Part shown: positions 1 to 10,944 of the stretch, in pieces
Layout: the number at the start of each line of letters is the position of its first letter
Numbering within the stretch: position 1 is the stretch's first letter
From: Octopus vulgaris
Taxonomy: Eukaryota
Assembly (NCBI GenBank): GCA_951406725.2
Contig: OX597816.1
Coordinates: 174,220,001-174,284,000, forward strand
Direction: 5' to 3'
Length of the DNA stretch: 64,000 nucleotides
Made by a program: the position numbers and the translations under genes
The notes under the pieces: generated by a model
Database searches by the model: none
Told to the model about the DNA's origin: nothing
Seen by the model: only the letters and a program-made list of their open reading frames with translations

Positions 1-179
1 AGAGTGATGTCTAAGTGGCACTCTCTCTCTCTCTCTCTCACTCACTCACTCACTCACTCACACACACACACACTCATACATACAAAGATGTATGCATATT
101 TATTTATGTATGTATGAATGCATGACAAGACACCCCTTCTATCTCTCTCTCACATGTCCATTTCATCTGATATTTGATA

Positions 180-210
<31 letters not shown>

Positions 211-371
211 AGTGTGTGTGTGTGCATGTGTGGGGCGTTCCACAATTGCCTTTTATTTCAATTACTCTTGTGAAGATATTCATGTGACTCATTTTTTCAT
301 TTAATCCCATTTAAATTTTTGTAAAAGATGAGTTGGGGTAGATGTAGATGATCAGTATTCTACAGTGAAGC

Positions 372-1425
372 AAAGATGAGTATTGGTAGCCAGAGTCAAT
401 GTTGGACTCTGCAACTCTGTTGACTCTCTCAAGTATGTTTGCAAATATATAAACAAAGGTTTAGATGCTGCAACATACACTCTAATGCAGAATGGCAGTC
501 AGCAGATAAATAAAAAGGACAAAGACGTACAGTATGACAGAGGAAGCCACATCAATGCCAATGAGGCTTTTCAATTTTCCCATTCATGAGAGGTACCCAG
601 TCATCATTCATCTCAGTGTCCATCTAGAGAATGGCCACGAGGTCATCTTTACAAAACAAACAGCCTTGCAACAAGCACTTTCTTCAAAAGAAACTGGCCT
701 TATTACCTTTTTTAAGTTGTGTCAAGTAGATGAAGATGCAAGAAAACTCCTTTACTCACAATTACCCAAGTATTACACCTGGAAAAACAATAAATGATAC
801 AAGACAAAATTTGGGGCTAATGCCCTTGCAAGAGTTTACAGTGTTCCCCACAAGCCAAGCAGAATGCTACTACTTACGCCTCCTTTTGCATGAAGTATGT
901 GGTCCCAAATCATTCCAAGATTTGAGGAGGGTAGATGGTCATGTGTGTGAGGGAAGTATGCTATCAACAAAGTTTTTTTTCAGAAAATGATAAACATTGG
1001 GACCTTGCATTGACTGAAGCATCAGTATCAGATTCTCCAAGGAAATTCCGTAACCTTTTTGCAATTATACTGAACATGTGTCAACTTGGCAGTCCCCTAC
1101 AGCTTTAGATGAAACATCATGAGGACATGGCTGAGAACTTAAAGTATGCAGTTCAACAGGCAAACCCAGATATCAGTATTCAGTTCTCTGAAACAATGTT
1201 TAACCAAGCACTGACTGAAATTGAGGATTGAGTTCTGGCCATGGGAGGCAAAAATTTGCAAGAGTCCTGCTCTGGATTGCTGAAAACAAGCCATCAAATT
1301 AGTGATTTAACTTCAGGAGACATATCAAGAGAGACAAATTATAACATCACAGACTTGGCTACATTTGTGAATGAACATGAACCTAAACTTCTTCCAGAAC
1401 AATGCTGTGCATATGATAAAATTTT
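372..1425 (+). mobile_element. Helitron Rep/helicase fragment (decayed)
   Basis: Frameshifted ORFs give NVGLCNSVDSLKYVCKYINKG, RLFNFPIHERYPVIIHLSVHLENG, LLYSQLPKYYTW and ECYYLRLLLHEVCGPKSFQDLR, typical of the region between Helitron Rep and the PIF1 helicase; truncated by a SINE at ~1450. Confidence 0.9.
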
Positions 1426-1449
1426 TTGCTTTGTATTATTATTATTGTT

Positions 1450-1700
1450 GCCCCCGTGCCGGTGGCACGTAAAAGCACCATCCGTTCGTGGACGTTTGCC
1501 AGCTCTGTCTGGCACCTGTGCGGGTGGCATGTAGAAAGCACCCACTACACTCACGGAGTGGTTGGCGTTAGGAAGGGCATCCAGCCGTAGAAACACTGCC
1601 AGATCAGACTGGAGCCTGATGCGGCCTTCCGGCTTCACAGACCCCAGTTGAACCGTCCAACCCATGCTAGCATGGAAAGCGGATGCTAAATGATGATATG
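1450..1700 (+). mobile_element. SINE-like family C ((GAT)n tail), 3' part
   Basis: GTGCCGGTGGCACGTAAAAGCACC unit, GGAAGGGCATCCAGCCGTAGAAAC and AACCCATGCTAGCATGGAAAGCGGA-(GAT)n end, repeated elsewhere in the window. Confidence 0.8.
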
Positions 1701-1837
1701 AATCCAGAATTGATTTCCTAATTGAAGAATAAATTGAATTTAGAATAACAAATTTCTATACAACATATTTTACTTTTTTCTCCCAATATATAAGGAACAA
1801 TTTCATTCCCAAGCAACACCAGATGCTTCTGCTAGTA

Positions 1838-1855
1838 CACACACACACACACACC

Positions 1856-1919
<64 letters not shown>

Positions 1920-2069
1920 TCATCATCATCATCGTCGTCATCATCATCGTCGTCGTCATCATCATCATCATCATCATCATCGTCGTCGTCGTCATCATCA
2001 TCATCATCGTCGTCATCATCATCATCGTCATCATCATCATCATCATCATCATCATCTTCGTCGTCGTCG

Positions 2070-2101
<32 letters not shown>

Positions 2102-2190
2102 ATCGTCGTCGTCATCATCATCATCGTCATCATCATCGTCATCATCATCACCATCGTCATCACCATCGTCATCACCATCACCATCACCGG

Positions 2191-2232
<42 letters not shown>
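1838..2232. repeat. Compound microsatellite (CA)n-(CAC)n-(CAT/CGT)n
   Basis: Directly visible; source of the spurious poly-M/T and poly-I/V ORFs. Confidence 0.97.
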
Positions 2233-2233
<1 letters not shown>

Positions 2234-2508
2234 TATGCTTTTAGTGGTATGTTATAGCAAAGTTAAGAAATCCATCTGTGGTTATGTCACATTGGCTTTA
2301 GCTAGGGAATAGGGCAGCCATAGTGTTTTGCTGTTCACTGTTTTTGCCACCCCCACTCCCTATAAATCAGCTCCCTTCAGATTCCCTACATCATATTTAC
2401 AATATTTGCCTCACGAAGTGGAAGTCAGATAAGTCAGATAAGCAGCTCATATTTTCTAACCTGACACACATCTAAACCTCATTTTACAGTACTATCATTA
2501 TTCATTAA

Positions 2509-2808
2509 CTAGCAGTATCGCCCGGTGTTGCTCGGGTTTGTAAGGGAAATAACTATATAAGCATTTTTAGAGATGTAAAGTATAATAGCCATCTCAATAT
2601 GGCTAACCACAAAGTGGGGGAGTGTTACTGTAGCTTTTTACGTTCTGAGATTTAATAATAAATTTTTAGAGAGTTACTTCCCTTGTATATGCCAAAATGC
2701 ATTAAAAATGGAAAAAATTGATGGTAAATTGATGGTAAATTTAAAATCGTAGACTCATCGTAGACGCGCGCTAATACCCAGAAGGGCTCGATATGAATCA
2801 CGACTATA
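2509..2808 (-). mobile_element. Non-autonomous Helitron 3' end
   Basis: Minus strand ends CCCGAGCAACACCGGG (hairpin) CGATACTG-CTAG followed by T, the canonical Helitron 3' terminus. Confidence 0.7.
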
Positions 2809-2989
2809 AAAAAAGCTCCCACTACCTTCTTGGAGTGGTTGGTATTAGGAAGGACATCCAGCAATGGAAACCTTACCAGAACAGATTGGAGCCTGTTGCA
2901 GCCTGCTGGCTTGCCAATCCTCAGTCAAACCATTCAACCCATGCCAGCATGGAAAGCAGACGTTAAACGATGATGAGGATGATGATGAT
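2809..2989 (+). mobile_element. SINE-like family C, 3' fragment
   Basis: Same 3' sequence and (GAT)n tail as 1450-1700. Confidence 0.75.
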
Positions 2990-3099
2990 TTAGCAGTATG
3001 TTATAGCAGAGTTAAGAAATCCAATTGTTCAATTCTGTTTACTCTTGCTCTAAATCTTGAAAATTCCATCTCATCCATCTCTCCATTTGTGTTGCATAT

Positions 3100-3535
3100 C
3101 TGGCCTGTTTAAAAGCACCCGACAATCATCAGGTAGTATGCCATGCCTGTGAAGACCTGTTCAACCAAGTGAAATCTTAATCATGGCTGATACCAGTGTT
3201 GCCTGACTGGCACCCATGCTGGTGGTTCATGGAAAGCACCATTCAAGGGTGGTCAGTGCCATATGACTGGCACCTGTGCTGGTGGCATGTAAAAAGCACC
3301 ATTCGAGCATGGCTGATGCCAGTGCCACCTGACTGGTACCTGTGCCAGTGACAAGTAAAAAGTACCCACTACACTCTCAGAGTGGTTGGCATTAGGAAGT
3401 GCATCCAGCTGTAGAAACCATGCCAAATCAGATTAGAACCTGGTGCACCCTCCCAGCTTGCCAGTCCTCAGTCAAACCGTTCAACCCATACCAGTATAGA
3501 AAGTGGATGTTAAACGATGATGATGATGATGATGA
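3100..3535 (+). mobile_element. SINE-like family C with several internal ~60-bp units
   Basis: Repeated TGACTGGCACC..GCTGGTGGCATGTAAAAAGCACC units followed by the family 3' end and (GAT)n. Confidence 0.75.
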
Positions 3536-4248
3536 TATATATATATGTGTGTTGGGGTCGAGTTGCTCGATTAAAGGCGGTGCTCCAGCATGGCCGCAGT
3601 CAAATGACTGAAACAAGTGAAAGAGTAAAAGAGTATGTATAATATATATATATATCAGTGGCATGCAGTGACTTCTGAGGTTGGTCATGCAGTAAATATT
3701 TATTGGCTGAGCTGAATCATTTCGAAATTATTTAGCTAAGAGAACACATTTAGTTATGTAATATGGCCATAGTTTTAGACCATTATGCAGTCAAAGACAA
3801 ATCAGCTGCTTTATCAGGCTACTTACCAATTTCAGGACACTCGCTCAAGCAGCCTCTTCTGATACTTACTGAACTCCACTCATTAAAAGACTATGTCTTG
3901 CACACACATTGAACATATAGGCATACATATAAACACACACATTGAACATATAGGCATACATATAAACACACACAATGAATGACAGCCACAATTCAACATT
4001 GTAAAAGCCCTAAAAACACTAAACAAAACCTCTGTGGTCTCTTTCCATTCATTGGGAGGAGTGAAGACATGAAATATGTGTGTGTGTGTGTTTATATTTA
4101 AGTGTGTATGTTTCAATGTGTGTGTGTGTTTATATTTAAGTGTGTATGTTTCAATGTGTGTGTGTGTTCATGCATCATTGTAGCTTGATAAATCAGCTGA
4201 TTTGCATTTGACAACTTTACAGTTTAAACAAAAGAATGCCCTTTAATA

Positions 4249-4660
4249 CTCTCTTTTACTCTTTTACTTGTTTCAGTCATTTGACTGCAGCCATGCTGGA
4301 GCACTGCCTTTAGTCGAGACAAATCAACCCCAGGACTTATTCTTTGTAAGCCCAGTACTTATTCGATTGCTCTCTTTTGCCAAACCGCTAAGTGATGGGG
4401 ACATAAACACACCAGCATCGGTTGTCAAGCAATGCTAGGGGGACAAACACAGACACACAAACACACACATATACATATATATATATATACATATATACGA
4501 CAGGCTTCTTTCAGTTTCCGTCTACCAAATCCACTCGCAAGGCATTGGTCGGCCTGGGGCTATAGCAGAAGACACTTGCCCAAGATGCCACGCAGTGGGA
4601 CTGAACCCGGAACCATGTGGCTGGTTAGCAAGCTACTTACCACACAGCCACTCCTGCGCC
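4249..4660 (-). mobile_element. tRNA-derived SINE family A, full length
   Basis: Minus strand starts GGCGCAGGAGTGGCTGTGTGGTAAG (A box), then GGTTCAGTCCC (B box), an internal (TA/TG)n tract and a 3' GAAACAAGTAAAAGAGT tail; about ten copies in the window. Confidence 0.9.
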
Positions 4661-4661
4661 T

Positions 4662-6440
4662 TTAATTTAATTTTTTTTTTTAAATATTTGAAAATATTAT
4701 TTACTTACCTCATTTATAAATTAATTCAGTTCTTCAATCTTTCTGGACAAATATATTTATCACATTTTCATAGAAATCTCTCCTTTTTCAGCAATTGTTG
4801 TAATAAATCTTTTTCAATTGACATTAGTGCTAACCCAGACAGTCTTCTTTCTCCTGTCACATTCCTTTGGTACATTTTGATTCTAGTCAATGCAGAAAAG
4901 GATCACTCTACAAAAGCAGTGGTAGACGGAATTGTCAAAATCAACTTGCACAGATTGAAGAGTTCTGGCCTAGCTTCAACAAGATCTCTGCTGTTAATGT
5001 AACTCAGTAAATGACTTACACTTTGCTTTTTAAAATCTTTTATTGAATACATCACATTGAGCTCACTTTGTAATCAAATTACATCAAAAAATCTGCCATA
5101 AGTGGTTTTTAAAGAATCTAAAGAATCCACAAGAAATTGTTTGCAATACTCATCAACTTTGTTGAAATTCAAAAGTTCCATGATTTTAAACTATTCTAAG
5201 GACGAATATTGTGTTTTTATTTGGTCAGCTATTGTACCAATAATTTTGTTATAAAGCATTCTATAATGTCATTGGGAATCAATAGATAGATTCCTGGATC
5301 TCTGAATTCCGATTGCTGCATCGATTACATATTTTCCCCTAACATATAAAATATTGAAAAATTGTCAAGTTTGCTTTCGAACTCAGTTCAAGTTTTATCT
5401 GTTTGCTCTTTATAATACACTATGTCATGACTTTTACTCTGGAGGATGTTAAATAAGACATCAATGAAAGAAAATATGTCAATGAATACTTCTAATAAAA
5501 GTAAGAAATCAGGAGCATTTAAAGTGTGTAAGAATTCAATTGCTGAATTTATGGTGGTACCATCCTGTGCTTCAGGATTTTAAATGATGTCTTCAAAAAG
5601 ACTGATTATGAAATTATACTTTTCTTTTGTGGTAATAATAAGACACGAGGAGTAGTTCCATCCAGTTGCTGCTGCTTTTGGAATTCTTTTTTTAACAATG
5701 TTATCTAATGCTTTAGCACTTTTTGGTGAGTTTGTAAAAAATGTACCCAGTCCATTTATTGTAGAAAAATATCTTGCATTCTTTTATAGCAGAGCATGAT
5801 TGTGAAAGAACTAAATTTAGGATATGGGCACAACAATGAATAAAGATTACACATTCACATTTCTTTACTTTTGACTGTAACCCATTTAATTGTCCTGCTA
5901 TTGTAGCAGCACCATTATAGGTTTGTGCAATAAGTTTGTTTTTACATTTCCACATTTCAATGCATTTAAAAACATGTTCAGATAAAGCATTTGCAAATCA
6001 ATCTGCACTAACATCATTAAAACCGATAAATCGTTCTTTCACAACACAATCTTTCATAACATAACGTAAGACAGTTGACAGTTGTGAATATGCCAATACA
6101 TCAGATGTTTCATCAACAAGAATGGCAACAAATTTAGCCTGATTAAGTTGATTTTGTATTTCATTCAACATAACCTTTTGAATTGCATCAATCAAGTCAT
6201 TTTGAATTCTGTTTGAGAGACTGGAGAAGATCGAACTGTATCTAGAGGGCTTGCCAATTTTTTGTCATATTTACTGATTAAATATAAGAGTTCTTTATAA
6301 TTTCCATGATTATTAGATTCTTCAGATTCAAAATGACCCCAAAATGATAATTCCTGACAAACTAAAAAAAGACTACATTGATCAACCATTGCAGAATGGA
6401 TCTGGTTTGTCTCACTTCCTCATTATGATGTTGTATGCTC
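4662..6440 (-). mobile_element. hAT transposase pseudogene (ZMYM1/DUF4371-type), copy 1
   Basis: Fragments GHFESEESNNHGNYKELL, ILVDETSDV, KERFIGF, AQTYNGAA and FIHCCAHILNLVL, plus a C-terminal hATC region; many stops and frameshifts. Confidence 0.9.
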
Positions 6441-7236
6441 TAATTTTTACATGCATATAATTGTAATTCTATGCAAATATTCTTCGAATGTTTTAAAATC
6501 CATCAAGGATTTTATATGCCACCAAAGCACCATCTTTGGAAGTATTGCAAAGTGACAAGAGTTTTCCCGAAAACAGTTGTATGGGAAATGTGCGTATGTT
6601 TTAGGGTTGGTGTTCTTGTAGAACTGGAATGTGTGCAGTGGTACTATATGTGTAGTGTTTTCAAGGTAGAGCCCAAAGGTGACATAAGCATTTGTGTGTT
6701 TGTTTGTGTGTCTTTTGTTTATGTTTTGGATAAAACTTTGGTTAAATTATTTGGGGCATTAATGTATGCAGGGGTACTATATGTTTCTGGGTATATATTG
6801 GTGGAGTAGAAAAGGGTCTATTGGGTGGATGTTTATTGTGTCTGGGCATGTGTGTCTGTGAGCGCATCTATGTATATTCTGATCAAACTCTTTGCTGGAT
6901 TCCCAGGTATTTGTGGTGGGAGGGTCGAAATTGGGGGACTGACTGTTATAGTCATGATGGGTCACATAGGTGTCACATGTGGGCAAGGATTAAAAATTTC
7001 ACTTCCACTGTTTAAGTTGATACCTGGGTACTGAGAGTTCTTTAATATCATTCTTTCTCAGCTAACATAATCTGGACTTCCTGCTGTTATTGAGGTAAGC
7101 CTTACACTTCTCTAATATCCTCCGCTTTATACGGTGCTCTGTGGTGGTTTTTTTCAATGACCATATGTATTTGGCCAGGGTTGTGGCATTTCATTTCTCT
7201 GGGATGCTGAAAGAGGACTTGTGATTGTTATAACCA
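6440..7236 (-). mobile_element. Penelope-like element 3' fragment (end of GIY-YIG domain plus downstream sequence)
   Basis: Minus strand near 7150-7235 reads YNNHKSSFSIPEK*NATTLAKYIWSLKK, like PLE GIY-YIG C-termini; downstream extent uncertain. Confidence 0.6.
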
Positions 7237-8411
7237 ATTCACTATGAAAATCAATTGCATTGATATTTGGACATTTCTTCTTCTAAGAGAAAATGCACAC
7301 AAAAAGAATTTTTTTTTTAAATTTCAGTCCCCAAAACTTTTAATTGTTGTTGTTGTTAGTGCGTTACAACCCCTTCACCTGTATCTTTGAGTTTGTTCAA
7401 TATATCCAACACCTTTATCTGCACCTTAAAACCAACTAACTTATATTTAACAAGGGATCCCTTTCCACTTTGATCTTTGAAAGTCACACAATAATATTTG
7501 CTTCTAGCATTGAGATCTGCTCTGCTGGACAGCTTCATCTGGGTACACACTCACCAGTTCCATACATGCCATAGCACATACTCGGCTAAGTCTCAGTTCA
7601 CACACACTATAAAAAATATACCATTACCGTCCCGTTTTGTAGTCAAGCATCAGTCACTCACTCCAGCATCCTCCATTTTCAGGCCCAGTTGATTCATTAA
7701 CAATAACATCATCCTGATCCAATAAAGAAACTACTACATAGTTATTTTATCTGCTAGAAATAGTAGCTATAATTCCTTCAAATTACACTTCACTGTCTTC
7801 TTTTGGACAAAGTAATTGTGAGAGAAGGAGGGGATGGTCACAGCTTCAGTGGCTTTAATTTTGGGTCTACTCAGTGATGTGACTAGAAGCTAAAGAGCAG
7901 CACCAATCATCATACATTCAGCAAACACAGCATTTGTTACATTATTTTGTGTCACTGGTCTCTCACTAGTTTTTGTGTCTTGTTTAGCTCCAGTACTGTT
8001 CTCATTTGAATTAAAAACAGTCCAGCCTTGACCACCCTACTGTGTTTTCAAATTCAGTGTATCTAGAACTGCATTATGCAGGGTGTCTTTTTTTAAAAAG
8101 ATGACAGGGTGTGAGTTAGAAAAGATTTTGCTACTATAGCTGGCAGGTCAAGCAGCTACATACAACTCTTGTTCAACTAAAAGAGTGGGAAAATTTGATC
8201 AATGTTTTGATTTGTTTGAACTCTAGCAAATTAAGTGGTAGGGCTATTATTTCAGGCAGAGGTGAATTCTAGTAAACAGAGTAAAATAATTCATGTGTAT
8301 GAGCTGGGAGAGGAATTGGCAATCTCTACCAGAATGAGGCGCAGTTGAAATGAGATGACAATAAAGATGATATGAGCATTGGGTGGGAGTGAGGGCCAAA
8401 TTTAAATACAA

Positions 8412-8459
<48 letters not shown>

Positions 8460-8460
8460 A

Positions 8461-9017
8461 AATGCCCTGATGCAGTACCAGGCAGTGGCTCTCATGGCTT
8501 CTGATCTTAACTGATTGGAAGTGTTATCATGTACATTGTTTTGTCTTGGTATAAAAGATGGGCTACAGCAAATATTCTGCTCAATACCACAGATTTGCTT
8601 GTCAGTTGTTTGACCTTAACCAGTTGAGCATGTCCCTTAGTGGCTGACGATATGTGCATCTCTGATCATGAGCAGAAGTAGTGGGGGAGCATCATAGCCA
8701 TGTGTTGAGAAGGATTCTTTGGAGTTTGAATAATTCACCTCTGGAAACATGGGTGTTTCGTTCAACGTCCTTAAACAACCCTTATTCAGGGACCTTTTGA
8801 GCGGGATGGGTTACTCGATCTGAAGAAAATTCTAACTGGGCTCCACCTGCAAGGTCATGTGCTGTTTATCTTGATATGAGATCACCATGTCGCGCACATA
8901 TGGTTGTGATGCATGTGCCTGGTGTACCCTTATCAGACGGGTAGTCATGATGGGTATACTGGACTTCGTATATTTTACCCCAGTGTCACTTTGATGGCAT
9001 GCTCTGCTCGCTCACTC
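8461..9017. mobile_element. Unclassified ~560-bp insertion flanked by (TAA)n
   Basis: More GC-rich block sharply bounded by (TAA)n on both sides; no convincing ORF. Confidence 0.5.
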
Positions 9018-9101
<84 letters not shown>

Positions 9102-9111
9102 AATAATAATA

Positions 9112-10107
9112 AAAAAAAACTGTTCTCAGTATTTAAGGAAGCTGACAAATACAAACAAGAAGAAGAAGATGAAGAAACAACAAAAGCTATAAAACTAATG
9201 AAATCCAAACTAAAAATAGAACAGCAACGAACCATGATAAAACGATGGCAAGAAAAGCCCCTTCATGGTAAATATTGGACTAAACTAAATGCAAAAGAAA
9301 TAGACAAAGAAAAATCCCAGCAATGGTTGAGAAGCTCAGGACTCAAAGCAGAAACAGAGGGATTTTTAATTGCAGCACAAGACCAAAGCCTCCCCACCAG
9401 AAATTACCAAAAACATGTAATGAAAAGAAATATAACAAGTAACTGCAGAATATGTGGAGATGGACAAGAAACAATAAATCATATTATCTCTAGCTGCCCA
9501 GTCCTGGCTAAGAAGGAATATATTCACAGACATGACAGAGTTGGAACCTACATACATTGGAAGCTATGCCAACATTATGGAATAACAACAGAAAAAAGAT
9601 GGTATAGGCACACACCAGAAAAGGTCACAGAAAACGAGAAAGCAACCATACTCTGGGATATGCCGATACACACAAATAGAGAAATTAAGGCCAACAGGCC
9701 AGATATAGTTGTCAGAGATCATGAAGAAAAAAAATGCTTTCTAATTGATGTATCAATACCGGCAGATGACAACGTGTCTCTAAAAGAAATGGAGAAACTC
9801 TCAAAATACAAAGACCTGGAAATAGAGGTAACCAGAATGTGGAATCTGAAAACAGAAACAATTCCTATCATAGTAGGTGCATTAGGCATGATAAAAAAAT
9901 ATTCAGACAAATACATAACAAAAACACCAGGACTTACAAACACATATAACATACAGAAAATTGCACTACGAGGCACTGCACACATCCTACGCAGAACACT
10001 TTCCATACAATAACCATCAGAGCATCACAACAAATCACAGCACATACCCAAGGCACACAGAGCTGTGCTCAGTAGTGAAGTGAAAGCATGCTATAAAAAT
10101 AAAACTA

Positions 10108-10110
<3 letters not shown>
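9112..10110 (+). mobile_element. Dong/R4-like non-LTR retrotransposon, 5'-truncated (RLE endonuclease)
   Basis: Open frame with WQEKPLHGK, ETEGFLIAAQDQ, CRIC..ETINHIISSC zinc knuckle, RHD and RPDI..IDVSIP PD-(D/E)xK nuclease; stop at 10013; (TAA)n at both ends. Confidence 0.92.
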
Positions 10111-10143
<33 letters not shown>

Positions 10144-10468
10144 TGAACCATTTTCAGTAGAAACTGGCAATATTGATTATTTTGGTAGCTGCTGTTAAGA
10201 CATTAGATGTGATTGGAGTATTCTAGGATTTCTAAAGAAGGGATTCTAAAGAGATCTTAAGGTCTGCTATGACATCTATTTGAAGTCATTTACAAATAGC
10301 ATTGACATTTCATTTAAAGTCAATGGGAGTACTTCAAAACCATCTTTCTTATCAAATGAAACATTCTGATTTAATTTTCTAAACTAGCCTGATAGCATCA
10401 TTGAATATTGATCTTGCTGGTGTCTCCCCTTGATATTATTCCAGCTAGTGAAGAAGCAAGTGTCTGTG

Positions 10469-10469
<1 letters not shown>

Positions 10470-10501
<32 letters not shown>

Positions 10502-10770
10502 TGTATGTATGTATGTATGTATGTATGTATGTATGTATGTATGTATGTACGTATGTATGTACGTATGTATGTATGTATGTATGTATGTACGTATGTATGT
10601 ACGTACGTATGTATGTATGTAAGTTTGTTTGCATATATGTTATGTATGTGTGTGCATATGCATGTACATACATACATATGTATGCATATATGTATGTACA
10701 TATGTATGTATATATGTACATACATATGTACATATATGCATATGTACATATATACATACATATGTATGTA
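10470..10770. repeat. (TATG)n microsatellite with degenerate tail
   Basis: Directly visible. Confidence 0.95.
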
Positions 10771-10944
10771 TTGAGTTTTGTATTTGTTTTGAAAATTCTT
10801 GAAATGAAAATATCATTATTTCTTGGGAGGGTCATTTTACAAATAAAAAGCACACACACTTGTTCTACTTCACTTCCTTTTTTTTTAATTATATCATTAA
10901 TGTTATTTTCATATACACTCAACAGATTAGACTGTTAGAAAAGA

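Noticed and set aside
1756-2257. Poly-Met/Thr and poly-Ile/Val ORFs
   Set aside because: Translations of a trinucleotide microsatellite
3180-3370. CRISPR-like repeat/spacer appearance
   Set aside because: Units are degenerate, the intervening sequences resemble each other, there are no cas genes, and the array lies inside a eukaryotic interspersed repeat
4432-4665. Recurrent MLGGQT..RLPNPL..GTEPGTMWLV small-protein family
   Set aside because: Antisense frames of SINE family A copies
7356-7720. Possible host exon
   Set aside because: Frames are short or interrupted and I recognise no protein similarity
8913-9111. N-terminal poly-Asn/Asp extension of the 366-aa ORF
   Set aside because: Read-through of (AAT)n/(GAT)n upstream of a 5'-truncated LINE, not a real fusion protein
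10384-10938. Repetitive YVCM/HTYI ORFs
   Set aside because: Translations of the (TATG)n microsatellite
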